64,000 bases of DNA from the IMG/VR virus record IMGVR_UViG_3300027872_000001; one strand, given 5' to 3'. The notes beneath the pieces were generated by a model. That model made no database searches, was not told the origin of the DNA, and saw only the letters and a program-made list of their open reading frames with translations. This DNA is from a virus. The translations under genes were made by a program, and so were the position numbers. This document shows positions 31,303 to 40,700 of the stretch, in pieces. Within the stretch, counting starts at the first letter, position 1, and every line of letters begins with the position of its first letter.

Positions 31303-31516
31303 TGGGCCACTCCCTGTAAAGAAAAGTGTCGTGGGTAACCTGTCGCTCGTAGTGGAAGGTGTGTTCGTTGACCTTGACGCTCGCATACGGGTCAGGGTCG
31401 GGTGCCATTGCTCCTCGCTCCGGGGCTGCGAAGCGGATGGTGTGCAGCGGGTGTCCACCACCCTCTATCGGTATCACCTTATGAAAACCCTTCAGGTCCG
31501 TGAGGATAGCGAACAT
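31292..31516 (-). CDS. hypothetical protein
   Basis: ORF track, 74 aa. 1-nt overlap with the upstream gene. Confidence 0.5.
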   Translation of the reverse strand: MFAILTDLKGFHKVIPIEGGGHPLHTIRFAAPERGAMAPDPDPYASVKVNEHTFHYERQVTHDTFLYREWPNGT

Positions 31517-31719
31517 CAGACCTTCTCCCCTGGATTCAAGATCTGGACGTTGCTCATATAGAAGCCCCTCGGATGCTTCTCGATCAGTTCCTTCAGGAAC
31601 GACACATCAGCTTTGTTGAAGAGGACAGTAGCCATCTTGCGGCCACTGGAAGCCTTGTCCTTCTGCATCTTGATCTTCGCCATCAGAACAGATAATCCAG
31701 TACGTTCAAAACGAGCCAA
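31516..31719 (-). CDS. hypothetical protein (start uncertain)
   Basis: The ORF track start is TTG. Alternative ATGs are at 31683 and 31668. Confidence 0.4.
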   Translation of the reverse strand: MARFERTGLSVLMAKIKMQKDKASSGRKMATVLFNKADVSFLKELIEKHPRGFYMSNVQILNPGEKV

Positions 31720-31761
31720 ACGACGAAGACAAAGACGACCACCTGGACGCCTATTCTAATC

Positions 31762-31986
31762 CTAATGTCCATACCAAATGTCCCTGGCTAGACGCATGGA
31801 CATAGCTTCACGAGCAGCGACCATTTTAGCGTGGACGAGCTGGCTCATACCGATGCTCCTGGCCTTCATGATGAGGATGCGATCTCCCCAATAATCGCGT
31901 AGCCGTCGTCCTGGTATTCCTAACACTCCCTGCTTGGCAGCGACAATGGGCAACAGACTTGTGAGTAGAAACGATCTCCGATCCAT
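31762..31986 (-). CDS. small exported protein with twin-arginine-like signal
   Basis: MDRRSFLLTSLLPIVAA N-terminus. Contains an internal exact motif copy at 31920. Confidence 0.55.
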   Translation of the reverse strand: MDRRSFLLTSLLPIVAAKQGVLGIPGRRLRDYWGDRILIMKARSIGMSQLVHAKMVAAREAMSMRLARDIWYGH

Positions 31987-32016
31987 AGTCTCAGGCTCCA
32001 GCCAGGATGAATGAAC

Positions 32017-32104
32017 CTAACATTCCCGGGAGCGGTCTGGTGGGGCTAGAGTATCAGAGATCTTGAAGAAATTTAAGACAGAAAGGCGGTTAGCTAACAA
32101 TCCC
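32017..32104 (-). promoter_or_regulatory. two motif copies
   Basis: ctaacattccc (32017, 30 nt upstream of the ATG at 31986) and ctaacaatccc (32094). Confidence 0.65.
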
Positions 32105-32152
32105 CTGGAATTTCTGCCACTATACTGGAATTTTCACCAATATATCGGTCGC

Positions 32153-32965
32153 TCAGCTGGTCTTCTGATAGAACTTGTCAACCTGATCATCGTCAACGGG
32201 CGTTTTGGCCGAGGTCACAGGATCAGGTTTGTCCGTTAAAACGGACGATTGTCCTTCGGGCTTCTCGATGGGATCTTCTGTCCCGCTGTAGAAATCCGAC
32301 GACATAGTGACTCCCGCCTGTCTCGAGGTCATGTAGTTGCTCAATCCCCGGTTGGTCTGAGTGAACGCCTGGGCGTAGCCAGCTGGAGTGTTGACGAAGG
32401 TCTGAGTGTTTCCCCTGGGAATGTTGAGGTCCTGTTGGATCTTGGAGAGATCCTGATTCGATCCCAGGTAGACGAATGTCCATCGGCCTGTCTTGGTGAG
32501 CCGCTGCACCCGCTCGGAAATGCTCGGGTAGGTCTCTCTCTTGGAGTTGTTCTCCTGACCATCAGAGACCACCAGGACCAGGACCGCAGTTTGCCCGTCC
32601 TCGATATCCTCTTGCTTCTCCAGCTTGTCGATGGTCGCGCCGACACAATCCAGCATGGCGGTCATGCCTTCCGGTCGGTAGTTCTCCTCGGTGAGATCGT
32701 TGAGGTTGTTCGCGTTCTCGCACCACAGCAGCGGGGGGTTGACATAGCTGGCGAAGGTCATCAAACAGACCTTCGAGTCCATCTGATTACCCGATCCCGC
32801 GCGGATCGTGGCTGCGTGTTCGTTGAATCCAGCAATGACCTCTTTCTTGATGGCCTGCATGGATGAACTTGAGTCCAGGACCACGGCAATGTAGGTCTTC
32901 TTCTTCTTGTCGATCTTCATTGGGTCCTGTTTGGCGAGGGCTTCGCCGTTTGGTTTGTCTGTCAT
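32153..32965 (-). CDS. von Willebrand factor A (vWA) domain protein
   Basis: ORF 32153..32995 trimmed to the ATG at 32965, after GGAGGGAAAC. MIDAS-like motif is IAVVLDSSSSM, followed by T...VVSDGQEN. Confidence 0.7.
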   Translation of the reverse strand: MTDKPNGEALAKQDPMKIDKKKKTYIAVVLDSSSSMQAIKKEVIAGFNEHAATIRAGSGNQMDSKVCLMTFASYVNPPLLWCENANNLNDLTEENYRPEGMTAMLDCVGATIDKLEKQEDIEDGQTAVLVLVVSDGQENNSKRETYPSISERVQRLTKTGRWTFVYLGSNQDLSKIQQDLNIPRGNTQTFVNTPAGYAQAFTQTNRGLSNYMTSRQAGVTMSSDFYSGTEDPIEKPEGQSSVLTDKPDPVTSAKTPVDDDQVDKFYQKTS

Positions 32966-33122
32966 GTTTCCCTCCTTTTGGGTGATGGGTACCACCCCAT
33001 CCTGTGTAACACCGCATCAGAGTTGGACATCTCTGACGCTTCTGTGACCGAAATGGTCGGATGGGGTGATCTCTGCATAAGTGTAGTGTGTGTATAAGAT
33101 CGACAGAAGGGAAATGCCAGCT

Positions 33123-33326
33123 TTAATACCAAGGACGCGGGGGCAACTCAGCTTCGGCTGTTGTTTTCTTGACCGTTTTGATTCCCTCGATGCAGCCTTT
33201 TCGCTCAGCGTAAATTTTGGCTGATTGAGCGAGAAGATGGCCTTTGCTCGATTTCAGAACCCAGGAGAATCCTTCTCGACGACGGTGAACCATGAATTGA
33301 GGTTTCTTTGCGCTACTTGGTGACAT
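33123..33326 (-). CDS. YegP/DUF1508-like small protein
   Basis: FSWVLKSSKGHLLAQSAKIYAERKGCIEGIKTVKK fits the DUF1508 pattern (hy-W-hy-L...nG.hhh.S..Y.sk..a..gI..Vk). Confidence 0.55.
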   Translation of the reverse strand: MSPSSAKKPQFMVHRRREGFSWVLKSSKGHLLAQSAKIYAERKGCIEGIKTVKKTTAEAELPPRPWY

Positions 33327-34266
33327 GGGTCAACCTTTCCGGCTTGTATTTAGCCTTTTTCCATTCTTCCCACGGAACTCTTTTGTCGTAAGCTCCCACT
33401 ACCCACCTTTGAAAGCCGACCAGCTCCCTGGTTCTCTCGTAGGGCATGGGATAAGGGATGGCTCCGAAATCCCTCAATTTCTGCTGACGGTAGAGCCTGT
33501 CTTCCTCAGTCTCGCCGGGCCAGTAGCCGACAAGGATGTAGACCATGATATCTCTAGGCTTTACACCGTGTTTCACCAAGGCATTGAGTCCAGCAAAGAG
33601 CCGCTTTTCATCTTTGCGGTTGTCCCAGGCGGTGTAGATTTGCTTCCTGTCCATCCTGGCGTTGCGGTAATCAACGGACGCGATCGCCGCGGCCGTTTCG
33701 TCATTCAGCATCCGAGCGTTGATCCCCTGGTTGAAGTTCACCTTGAAGGGACCGGCCTGGATCTCTTCAATACGATGAGGCCAGTCGGGATGCCCGAAGA
33801 AGTCATTGTCGAGCAAGATCAACTCCTTGGGCCAAGGTTCCCCCCGGTAGATCGTGTCTATGCTGTTATCCCATCTCACGGCTCCCTCTTTCCGGGGGAC
33901 CACGCAAAACGGACATTTCAGGCGACAGCCTCGCTGCGTAAATCCCAGAGATTGCCGAAATTGGGGATAGTCCGTGTAGTCAGGCTCGATATCGTAAATG
34001 CCTATTGATTCGATCGTCAGGGTTTCATCCCATCCAGTTCCTCCGACCAGTGCGCGGGGATGGACTTGAATTGCTTTCTCGGCGGTTTCTCGTGTTCTCT
34101 GGAAGATCAGGGAGATATAGACTTTATCCCAGGTCGGATCCCACAGCTTCGTGCTGTAGCCCCTTCTGAGAAGCACGGTATCGCCTTTCCTTCGATGGTG
34201 AGTGGCGATCCGCATTAGGGCGAGATTTGGCAGCTTTCCATCGAGCTGGAGGAGTAGGACGTTCAT
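33313..34266 (-). CDS. radical SAM domain protein (N-terminal B12-binding-like fold, tentative)
   Basis: CRLKCPFC is the CxxxCxxC cluster motif, about 125 aa from the N-terminus. N-terminal LLLQLDGKLPNLALMRIATHHRRKGDTV is Rossmann-like. Confidence 0.6.
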   Translation of the reverse strand: MNVLLLQLDGKLPNLALMRIATHHRRKGDTVLLRRGYSTKLWDPTWDKVYISLIFQRTRETAEKAIQVHPRALVGGTGWDETLTIESIGIYDIEPDYTDYPQFRQSLGFTQRGCRLKCPFCVVPRKEGAVRWDNSIDTIYRGEPWPKELILLDNDFFGHPDWPHRIEEIQAGPFKVNFNQGINARMLNDETAAAIASVDYRNARMDRKQIYTAWDNRKDEKRLFAGLNALVKHGVKPRDIMVYILVGYWPGETEEDRLYRQQKLRDFGAIPYPMPYERTRELVGFQRWVVGAYDKRVPWEEWKKAKYKPERLTHVTK

Positions 34267-34577
34267 CAGTTGATGGGCGGTTTCTCCAGGTCATCCTGGC
34301 GAACCACGAGAAGACGGGGATCCCAGGGTGGATCTTGCACTTTGACAAGGCAGAAAGTATCCCAATCGGAGTAATCATCAGTGGCTTCGCAGTTGATAAT
34401 CCGAACCTCGTCTTCTTTGGGCCCAAAAATCATTTTGCCGCCAGTGGGACAGAATGCGACAGCAGCGACCATAGAGCCGATCTCGTCGGGCTTTAATCGG
34501 AATTTGGCAAGCTCTGATTCCAGTTCTTCTTGCTCAGCTTTGGTGAACCAGCGCATCTTGAGATACTCAAGCAACAT
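34266..34577 (-). CDS. hypothetical protein
   Basis: ORF 34266..34586 (TTG start) trimmed to the ATG at 34577. A G9 tract lies just upstream (plus C9 at 34588..34596). Confidence 0.5.
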   Translation of the reverse strand: MLLEYLKMRWFTKAEQEELESELAKFRLKPDEIGSMVAAVAFCPTGGKMIFGPKEDEVRIINCEATDDYSDWDTFCLVKVQDPPWDPRLLVVRQDDLEKPPIN

Positions 34578-34856
34578 TGAACTCAATCCCCCCCCCTCCT
34601 CCAGAAACCCGAATTTTTACATTTCCTGGGCGGTTCTTTTTTGCTTTTGGGTTTCGACTTGTGGTGGGTTGCCCCAACCCCGCATTGCCCACCGGAGCTG
34701 ATTACCGTGCAGTCAACGTCCTGTCGCATCAACCCTTACCCTCACGGAGAATGGTCCGGGAACGCTTCAACACAGGACCCACTCGAAAAGGCCCTCGCCC
34801 CCAACGTCCCGGTGTCACTTCAGGCTGTGAGTCGAATGAATGGAGGCGTGGTCCCA

Positions 34857-37499
34857 TCATATACCTTTGTCCTGTTTCAATCTGAAGGTGTAGACCTTGC
34901 GTCGACCACGACCCACTGTCTCTGTGATCTCGAAGAACTCATCCAGATTGCTCCGGAGGTTCCGGAACTTCTGCGAAAAGGACCGCTCCTTACCTGCATA
35001 GACGAACTCGTATCCATCCCGCTGCGCGATCTCTGCCAGTGCACGGCACAGCCCTGCCCCTGAGATCTCTTTACCTTCATTCTCCTTGACCCAAACAATC
35101 AACACGTCGAAGATGGCTGTTCCTTCAAGAGCGTAGTAGCTCTGCTCCTGCATGAGCTTCGTAAAGATCTGCTGGAGTTGATCTGAAAAGCCAGCTCGCG
35201 TGGCAATCTTGAGGCTGAAGTCTGCGAAGTCTGCCATGCGAAAGGCCGTCGAGAAATCATCATCGGCGTGATCCTTCAGGGCATGGATGCAATGCTGGAG
35301 CTGGAAGATGAGCTCGACCCAAATCTGATCTCGGTTCTTGAGGACCTCAGCGATCAGCTTATTCTCAGGGAGGAAGTGCTTGTAACGCATGCACTTCATC
35401 ATCAAAAGCCTGTCGGCCACATCATCACGCTTGAACTTTGGAGTCCTGGCCGTGATCGAACAGAAGCAATCGAGCATGAACTTGACCATCTCATTGGTGG
35501 TGTAGAGCTTGCGCCTTGAGATAGCCCCACTGGTTGCCAGGGTAGCAAGCCGGTCCTCGAACCAGGGCTTCCTGGTATCGGCATTGTCCACGCAGACAAA
35601 GGCATTGTTGGTGATGATCGCGTCGAAGTCCTCACACTTATCGGGAAGCGGTGTCAGTTGGAACTTGGATCCAAAGAAGGTGCAGCCGAGCTTCTTGTTG
35701 GTGATCGACTTACCTGATCCCTTCTCTCCGATCCAGGCCAGCTCCGGGCGAGTCTGGTTGATCTCCCTGAAGAAATTACAGTAGGTCCAGAGCATGAATA
35801 GGATGCAGCGATCATTCGGCTCCAGAATATCCTCGGCAAAGTTAATCATTTCAACGATTAGCTTCAGAAACTTGGAGTCTTTGCTGGCATCCCATATATC
35901 GGGGTTGGACACCTTCTCGAACTGCTTCTGGAACCACCGGTGATCGGTCAGGAATGGCTCGGCCTCCGAGTCGGTCAAGAATAAGACCCCATCAGTGCCA
36001 TTGTCGACCAAGTCAACGGCTTCCGTTGTCAGGCGGTACATCTGATTGTTGTAATTGTGGATGTATAGGGTGTAGGAGTCTGGCTTGTAGTGGGAAAAGC
36101 GGTGAGCGTGAATCCGTGGACCGTCATGAAAGGCTGCGTTTCGCAAGCCCTCTATGATGTACCTGGAGATATTCTCCGCTGCATTGACCCCGTACTTTGC
36201 CAGCAGCAAGACAAACTCATGATCGTTGGGGCTGACCTCCAGCAGCTTCTTCTCCTTCCTCTTGAAGAAGTAGGCCGTGTAATCGTCATGGTAGAGCGTT
36301 CCCCGGATCAGAATGTCCTCTAATATCAACTGCTTAACCCGATCATTGATCCGGTGTTCCTTCTTCTTAACGTCCCTGGCCTCCTGGATCTCCGAAGCCA
36401 GTCCGGAGAAGTGACGGTAGAACCACTCGCGGTCCTCCAGCATTTCCCTGACAGCGGTCCAGGCCTCCGTGTTGTTCTTGAATTGAAGGATGAACTCATC
36501 CACGTCCGAGCAGCCGTTGGGCGTGGTCGCTGCCTCGATAGCCATGAACTCCTGCGCTTTACTGACCAGCATGAACCCTGCGTTGTCCTTCTCGCTGTCG
36601 TTGTCGTAAAGCAGGATAGGGTCCGAAGACACTTGGCGAATGGTGCTGTAGTCGGCCTGGTTGACCCCGCCGGCCGAGGCACAGTACAGATAACTCAGGT
36701 CCGTACCGGTGTCGTCACCATATCTGACCAGAAGGGATTGAAGCTGGAGGGAATTGAACTCCCCCTCCGTGACGATGAGCTTGTCGATGGGCGTGGCTGC
36801 GTTGCCCTTGGGGAACATCTGGTGACCGAACAACCCGAAGGCTTTGAATGGGTTATAGGAGACGAAGGCAAAGTTCTTCTCCACTTCGAAGGGATTCCGC
36901 AGCCGAATGGCGGTGAATCGGTGGGTAGAATCGGCGTAGTGGAAGGTCAGCCAGTTCTCTCGCTTCTTGATCTTCTCCGCGAGGTCCTTCTTCTTGGCCT
37001 GGATAAAATTCAGGCTCTTTTGGAGGGACTCGACTCGCTGCTGCTGCATCTTGCTTGGCCGACCGCCCTTCCTCATGTCTGCTGCTGCATCATCGAGCGT
37101 ATCTGTGAGCTGTTTAATGACCGGATCAAAGGCAGGCCCAAGGTCGTATCCAGGGGGAACGCATCCTAATGGGGCATCCTGAAGCACCTGGGCATGGATC
37201 TGACGCTTGTTGCTGCAATACAAGTAGACATTCGGGCCTTCCTGGTCAGCCAGGGAGAGGAAGTGCTTGTGGAAGTCATGGTAGACCCCTTCTAAGGCTT
37301 TGTGGAGGCTTCGTTGATAGGAAGGACTGGCTGCGTGGAGGGTGATATAGCGGAGACAGCTGGCATGGAAGCACTTGGCGAGAGTGTCGTCCGCTTTGAT
37401 CGACATCGTGTGATGCTTACAAAACGGGCAGTCGATCCGTGCGCGGGGCTGTGTCTGGATTCCGAACTGATTGGCAAGGATTTCTACAACGCTCAACAC
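34857..37499 (-). CDS. bifunctional DNA primase / helicase (zinc finger + Toprim + P-loop NTPase)
   Basis: CPFCKHH...KCFHASC zinc finger. Toprim motifs are LIVTEGEFNSL and LLYDNDSEKDNAG. Walker A is IGEKGSGKS and Walker B is FVCVDNAD. Confidence 0.85.
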   Translation of the reverse strand: MLSVVEILANQFGIQTQPRARIDCPFCKHHTMSIKADDTLAKCFHASCLRYITLHAASPSYQRSLHKALEGVYHDFHKHFLSLADQEGPNVYLYCSNKRQIHAQVLQDAPLGCVPPGYDLGPAFDPVIKQLTDTLDDAAADMRKGGRPSKMQQQRVESLQKSLNFIQAKKKDLAEKIKKRENWLTFHYADSTHRFTAIRLRNPFEVEKNFAFVSYNPFKAFGLFGHQMFPKGNAATPIDKLIVTEGEFNSLQLQSLLVRYGDDTGTDLSYLYCASAGGVNQADYSTIRQVSSDPILLYDNDSEKDNAGFMLVSKAQEFMAIEAATTPNGCSDVDEFILQFKNNTEAWTAVREMLEDREWFYRHFSGLASEIQEARDVKKKEHRINDRVKQLILEDILIRGTLYHDDYTAYFFKRKEKKLLEVSPNDHEFVLLLAKYGVNAAENISRYIIEGLRNAAFHDGPRIHAHRFSHYKPDSYTLYIHNYNNQMYRLTTEAVDLVDNGTDGVLFLTDSEAEPFLTDHRWFQKQFEKVSNPDIWDASKDSKFLKLIVEMINFAEDILEPNDRCILFMLWTYCNFFREINQTRPELAWIGEKGSGKSITNKKLGCTFFGSKFQLTPLPDKCEDFDAIITNNAFVCVDNADTRKPWFEDRLATLATSGAISRRKLYTTNEMVKFMLDCFCSITARTPKFKRDDVADRLLMMKCMRYKHFLPENKLIAEVLKNRDQIWVELIFQLQHCIHALKDHADDDFSTAFRMADFADFSLKIATRAGFSDQLQQIFTKLMQEQSYYALEGTAIFDVLIVWVKENEGKEISGAGLCRALAEIAQRDGYEFVYAGKERSFSQKFRNLRSNLDEFFEITETVGRGRRKVYTFRLKQDKGI

Positions 37500-37512
37500 C
37501 CTCTCCTGGCGG

Positions 37513-38922
37513 TCAGAACAGCATGGCTTCGGTCTTTTTCATTCGATACAGCCGACGACGTTTCGTGGCTGCTTCTCTGAGTGGGAAGTAACGCTCCCGG
37601 ATGCCCCGTTTGTTCTCTCTGAATCCATCAACGCAAACGTCCACGAAGTCGATGACTGACGCGGCACTCTTTCCTTCCTTGGCCCTGGCGACCCGCCCGA
37701 TGGCCTGGACGGTACGCGCTCCCCCGGCAATAGGTGTGACAAGGTAGAGGAGATCCCACCCGGGAACGTCCACTCCCTCTCCAACGATGCCAATGGTAGC
37801 AATCGTCAACTTGGTTCCCTTTCGGACTTTCTCCATCCTCTCTCGCCTGTCCTGGGCCTTCAGTTTTCCGTGGAGGAGGACGGGTTGAAACTCGAACAAT
37901 CGTCGGGCTAGAAGCTCTGCGTGGGCGACTCGATCGGTGAGGACCAGGGCTGACTCACAATGGGGGATGCTGTCCGTGATCTCCCCGATGATCGTGTTGT
38001 TGCGCTCCGGGTTAAAGGCCAAGTTGTTGAGCATGGCGGTCCAATCGCCCTTGTCGTAGAGCGTGTACCTGTAGTCGGTTGACCGGAACATGAAGGTGGG
38101 CCATATAGTACGGCCAGCTTCGATCACTTCCTCCTGGCTGATCTCGGCTGTCTTGGCCCCGGTGTACCGCCAGATCAGGAAGGTGAACCCATCCTTGCGC
38201 TGCGGGGTAGCGGTGAAGGCGTACTTGTATCGGGCGGGGAACTGATTCAGGACAGTGGCCCAGGTCTTGGCAGCTACATGATGGCCCTCGTCGGTGAGGA
38301 TGGCCCCGAAGTACCCTGTGATCTCGGACAGATCCCGGCGCGACAGGGTTTGGATCATGGCTACGGTGATCTCCTTGATCTCCCACTTCCCGGAGCCGAT
38401 CATCCCAGGTGTCACCCCAAGCCAATCCTTGCAGCGTTGGATGGTCTGAGCGAACAGCTCCTTGGTGTGGACGATGATCATGGCACGAGTCTTGAGTTGT
38501 GGAATAGCAGAGAGGAGGATATTGGTTTTCCCGCAGCCGGGGGGACCGACCAGGGTTCCGCAGGGGTAATGGAGTAGGTCTTCTAGGGCATTCTCCTGAT
38601 AGGTTTCCAGGTCACCGTTGACCTCCAATCCAAAGTTGGCCCACGGTTCTAAGGTGTCGTCCTGAATGTGGAAGACGATATCGTTGCGCCTGGAAATGGC
38701 AATGACCGCAGGGAGATAGCCGCGTGGCAGCTGCATCTCTCCGTCTTTCATCGACCACAGTTTGATGTGTTGTGGAGTGTTTCTGAGGTACTTACCGAGT
38801 GCCTTCAGCTTGCGGTACTCAGGATTGTCGAATGTGTTTTCTTCAATGAACTGTTTCTTCAGGGCCTCTGGCACTTGGGCCAGGGCAAGGTTGGACGTGA
38901 TCGTGATTTCCATGTGACCCAC
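37513..38922 (-). CDS. superfamily 2 DEAD/DEAH-box DNA helicase
   Basis: Motif I LVGPPGCGKT, motif II LTDEGHH, motif III FTATP, motif VI QAIGRVAR. Confidence 0.85.
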   Translation of the reverse strand: MGHMEITITSNLALAQVPEALKKQFIEENTFDNPEYRKLKALGKYLRNTPQHIKLWSMKDGEMQLPRGYLPAVIAISRRNDIVFHIQDDTLEPWANFGLEVNGDLETYQENALEDLLHYPCGTLVGPPGCGKTNILLSAIPQLKTRAMIIVHTKELFAQTIQRCKDWLGVTPGMIGSGKWEIKEITVAMIQTLSRRDLSEITGYFGAILTDEGHHVAAKTWATVLNQFPARYKYAFTATPQRKDGFTFLIWRYTGAKTAEISQEEVIEAGRTIWPTFMFRSTDYRYTLYDKGDWTAMLNNLAFNPERNNTIIGEITDSIPHCESALVLTDRVAHAELLARRLFEFQPVLLHGKLKAQDRRERMEKVRKGTKLTIATIGIVGEGVDVPGWDLLYLVTPIAGGARTVQAIGRVARAKEGKSAASVIDFVDVCVDGFRENKRGIRERYFPLREAATKRRRLYRMKKTEAMLF

Positions 38923-39032
38923 ATAATAACTGGAGGCCAGGATCGGACCCTGAACTATTCAGGGCGATCTGAACCTTTTTCAACGAGCTGATTCCGAGCC
39001 AGCCTCCAGCCCCGCGATTATAGTTTTTTAAC

Positions 39033-39533
39033 TTACCAAAAGACCAGCCAAATTATCAGGGCCAGCAGACCACCCGTTATATACATATAAATGTGGCCCC
39101 AGGTCCCGCTGCCCCGGACCCGGATCAGGTCGTAGTAAAAATCGACTTCGTCAAGACGGGCTATGCCCAGGCTGAATAGATTTTCATTCTTGAATCGCTT
39201 GGCGAACATCGGAACCGGGAGCCAGCCCCGGTACATCACCGCAGAGAGCATCGTGTACCCCGCCTTTGGAATAGGCAGAATATGGCCGTACAGCTTCAGG
39301 AACTCCTCGGCCCCACTGACGTTGTAGTGGTCCTTATGTCTGGGCTTGTTGAAGTGGCCGAACCTGTAGGCATCGGCCTCGGTCCACCCTGAATTGCCAA
39401 GCAGCAGCTTGGGCGGGAACGGCCAGTTCTTTCCGCACCTGGCGGTCCAGGCACGCTTCACCCATCGGAGATACCAGCGCCAATCGTCGTGTCTCTTTCC
39501 CTTCAGACCTTCCGGTAAACAATCGTCAGACAC
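39033..39533 (-). CDS. hypothetical protein with C-terminal TM anchor
   Basis: ORF track, 166 aa. C-terminal TM segment is ITGGLLALIIWLVFW. Confidence 0.6.
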   Translation of the reverse strand: MSDDCLPEGLKGKRHDDWRWYLRWVKRAWTARCGKNWPFPPKLLLGNSGWTEADAYRFGHFNKPRHKDHYNVSGAEEFLKLYGHILPIPKAGYTMLSAVMYRGWLPVPMFAKRFKNENLFSLGIARLDEVDFYYDLIRVRGSGTWGHIYMYITGGLLALIIWLVFW

Positions 39534-40134
39534 CCTTCACCACCTTCTTAAACGCACGAGCCGTTAAACCGTCTTCCTTGAGTACCCTGCTCAATGTTTC
39601 GCTCAATGGAAAGTCGCCATCAATCAAGGCCCCTGGGCGCAGTTTGCTCCGGTCAGATATGTGACCGTTGCCGACGTACTTGAACTCTGGCAGTTCCCAC
39701 TCCTCGATGTACTTGATGAGCCTGTGTAGGGCTTCGTCTTGGGCCTCCCACTTTTCATCCACTGTGGACTTGTCGGTGATCAGAGGGAAGTCTTCCTGGT
39801 AGGTGAGATCCATGACGTTGTTCATGTTGGATATTGGACCCATTGTGCCAGTGGTTGTTGCGTAAAAGGCAGGATGTTCCCTCACATAGAAGGCGTGTAG
39901 TCCACCCGAATACTCAAGCCCATCGACTGGCTCCGCGATCCACTGTCCCACATTGACGACTTGGCTGATGGTTTTCTTCCAGCCCGTCCAGTAGAAGTAG
40001 TAGTCACCGTGCTTCGTCTTGAGGGTGAAGCGGGTGATGAATTTGTCCGGCGAAGCTGCAACAGTTTTGCTGCCACTAACAGTCCCCACGGCAGCGGTCC
40101 CTAGCAAGGCCCCAAAGAAAGTTCTTCTATTCAT
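39526..40134 (-). CDS. exported protein with twin-arginine signal
   Basis: MNRRTFFGALLGTAAVGTVSG N-terminus. ATGA overlap. An internal motif variant ctaacagtccc is at 40075. Confidence 0.7.
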   Translation of the reverse strand: MNRRTFFGALLGTAAVGTVSGSKTVAASPDKFITRFTLKTKHGDYYFYWTGWKKTISQVVNVGQWIAEPVDGLEYSGGLHAFYVREHPAFYATTTGTMGPISNMNNVMDLTYQEDFPLITDKSTVDEKWEAQDEALHRLIKYIEEWELPEFKYVGNGHISDRSKLRPGALIDGDFPLSETLSRVLKEDGLTARAFKKVVKGV

Positions 40135-40700
40135 TTCCTCTCCTTTACAGTGATGCTGGCTTCAAGCGCATACTCAGGCAGCTTGAAGGCGGTCCTGAAT
40201 GCCTGGGTCTTGGACGAGTAGGCTTCCGAGTACATGAGGATCTGTCCGTTGCCCCCGATCAGGTGGATCCTCCACTTCTTCGCCTTGTCTTTGAACAGTC
40301 CGATCCTGGGTGAGATGCGTGGGTGTTCCGTTTCTTCCTCGTTCTCCAAGTCCGGACACGCTGCCAGGACCTCTCTCGCACGGTTGGCAGCACGACGAGC
40401 GTTGGATCGGCTATGGCCCTCGCTGGTTAGAATGATTCTGCCATTGGGAGTGAGCAGATGAAACCGCCACTCCTCCCTCTTGTCAATGAACAGCTCGAAC
40501 CTGACCTTGCTGACCATAGCCCTGACCTTGGACTGTCCGATGTAGAAGTAAACCCCTACTTCATCCGTGTGCTGCCACTTCAGGCCAAGCTCGTCCAGGA
40601 TCTTCTTGTGACGGTCAGGGGGGATGGTGATCACTTCGGGTATCCCGGTCCCGAAGATGGTATGGACTGAGTTCTGAAGCTCCTCAAATTGTTTGAACAT
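40131..40700 (-). CDS. tandem YegP/DUF1508 domain protein
   Basis: Two repeats: EEWRFHLLTPNGRIILTSEGHSRSNARRAANRAREV and KKWRIHLIGGNGQILMYSEAYSSKTQAFRTAFKL. Confidence 0.65.
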   Translation of the reverse strand: MFKQFEELQNSVHTIFGTGIPEVITIPPDRHKKILDELGLKWQHTDEVGVYFYIGQSKVRAMVSKVRFELFIDKREEWRFHLLTPNGRIILTSEGHSRSNARRAANRAREVLAACPDLENEEETEHPRISPRIGLFKDKAKKWRIHLIGGNGQILMYSEAYSSKTQAFRTAFKLPEYALEASITVKERK

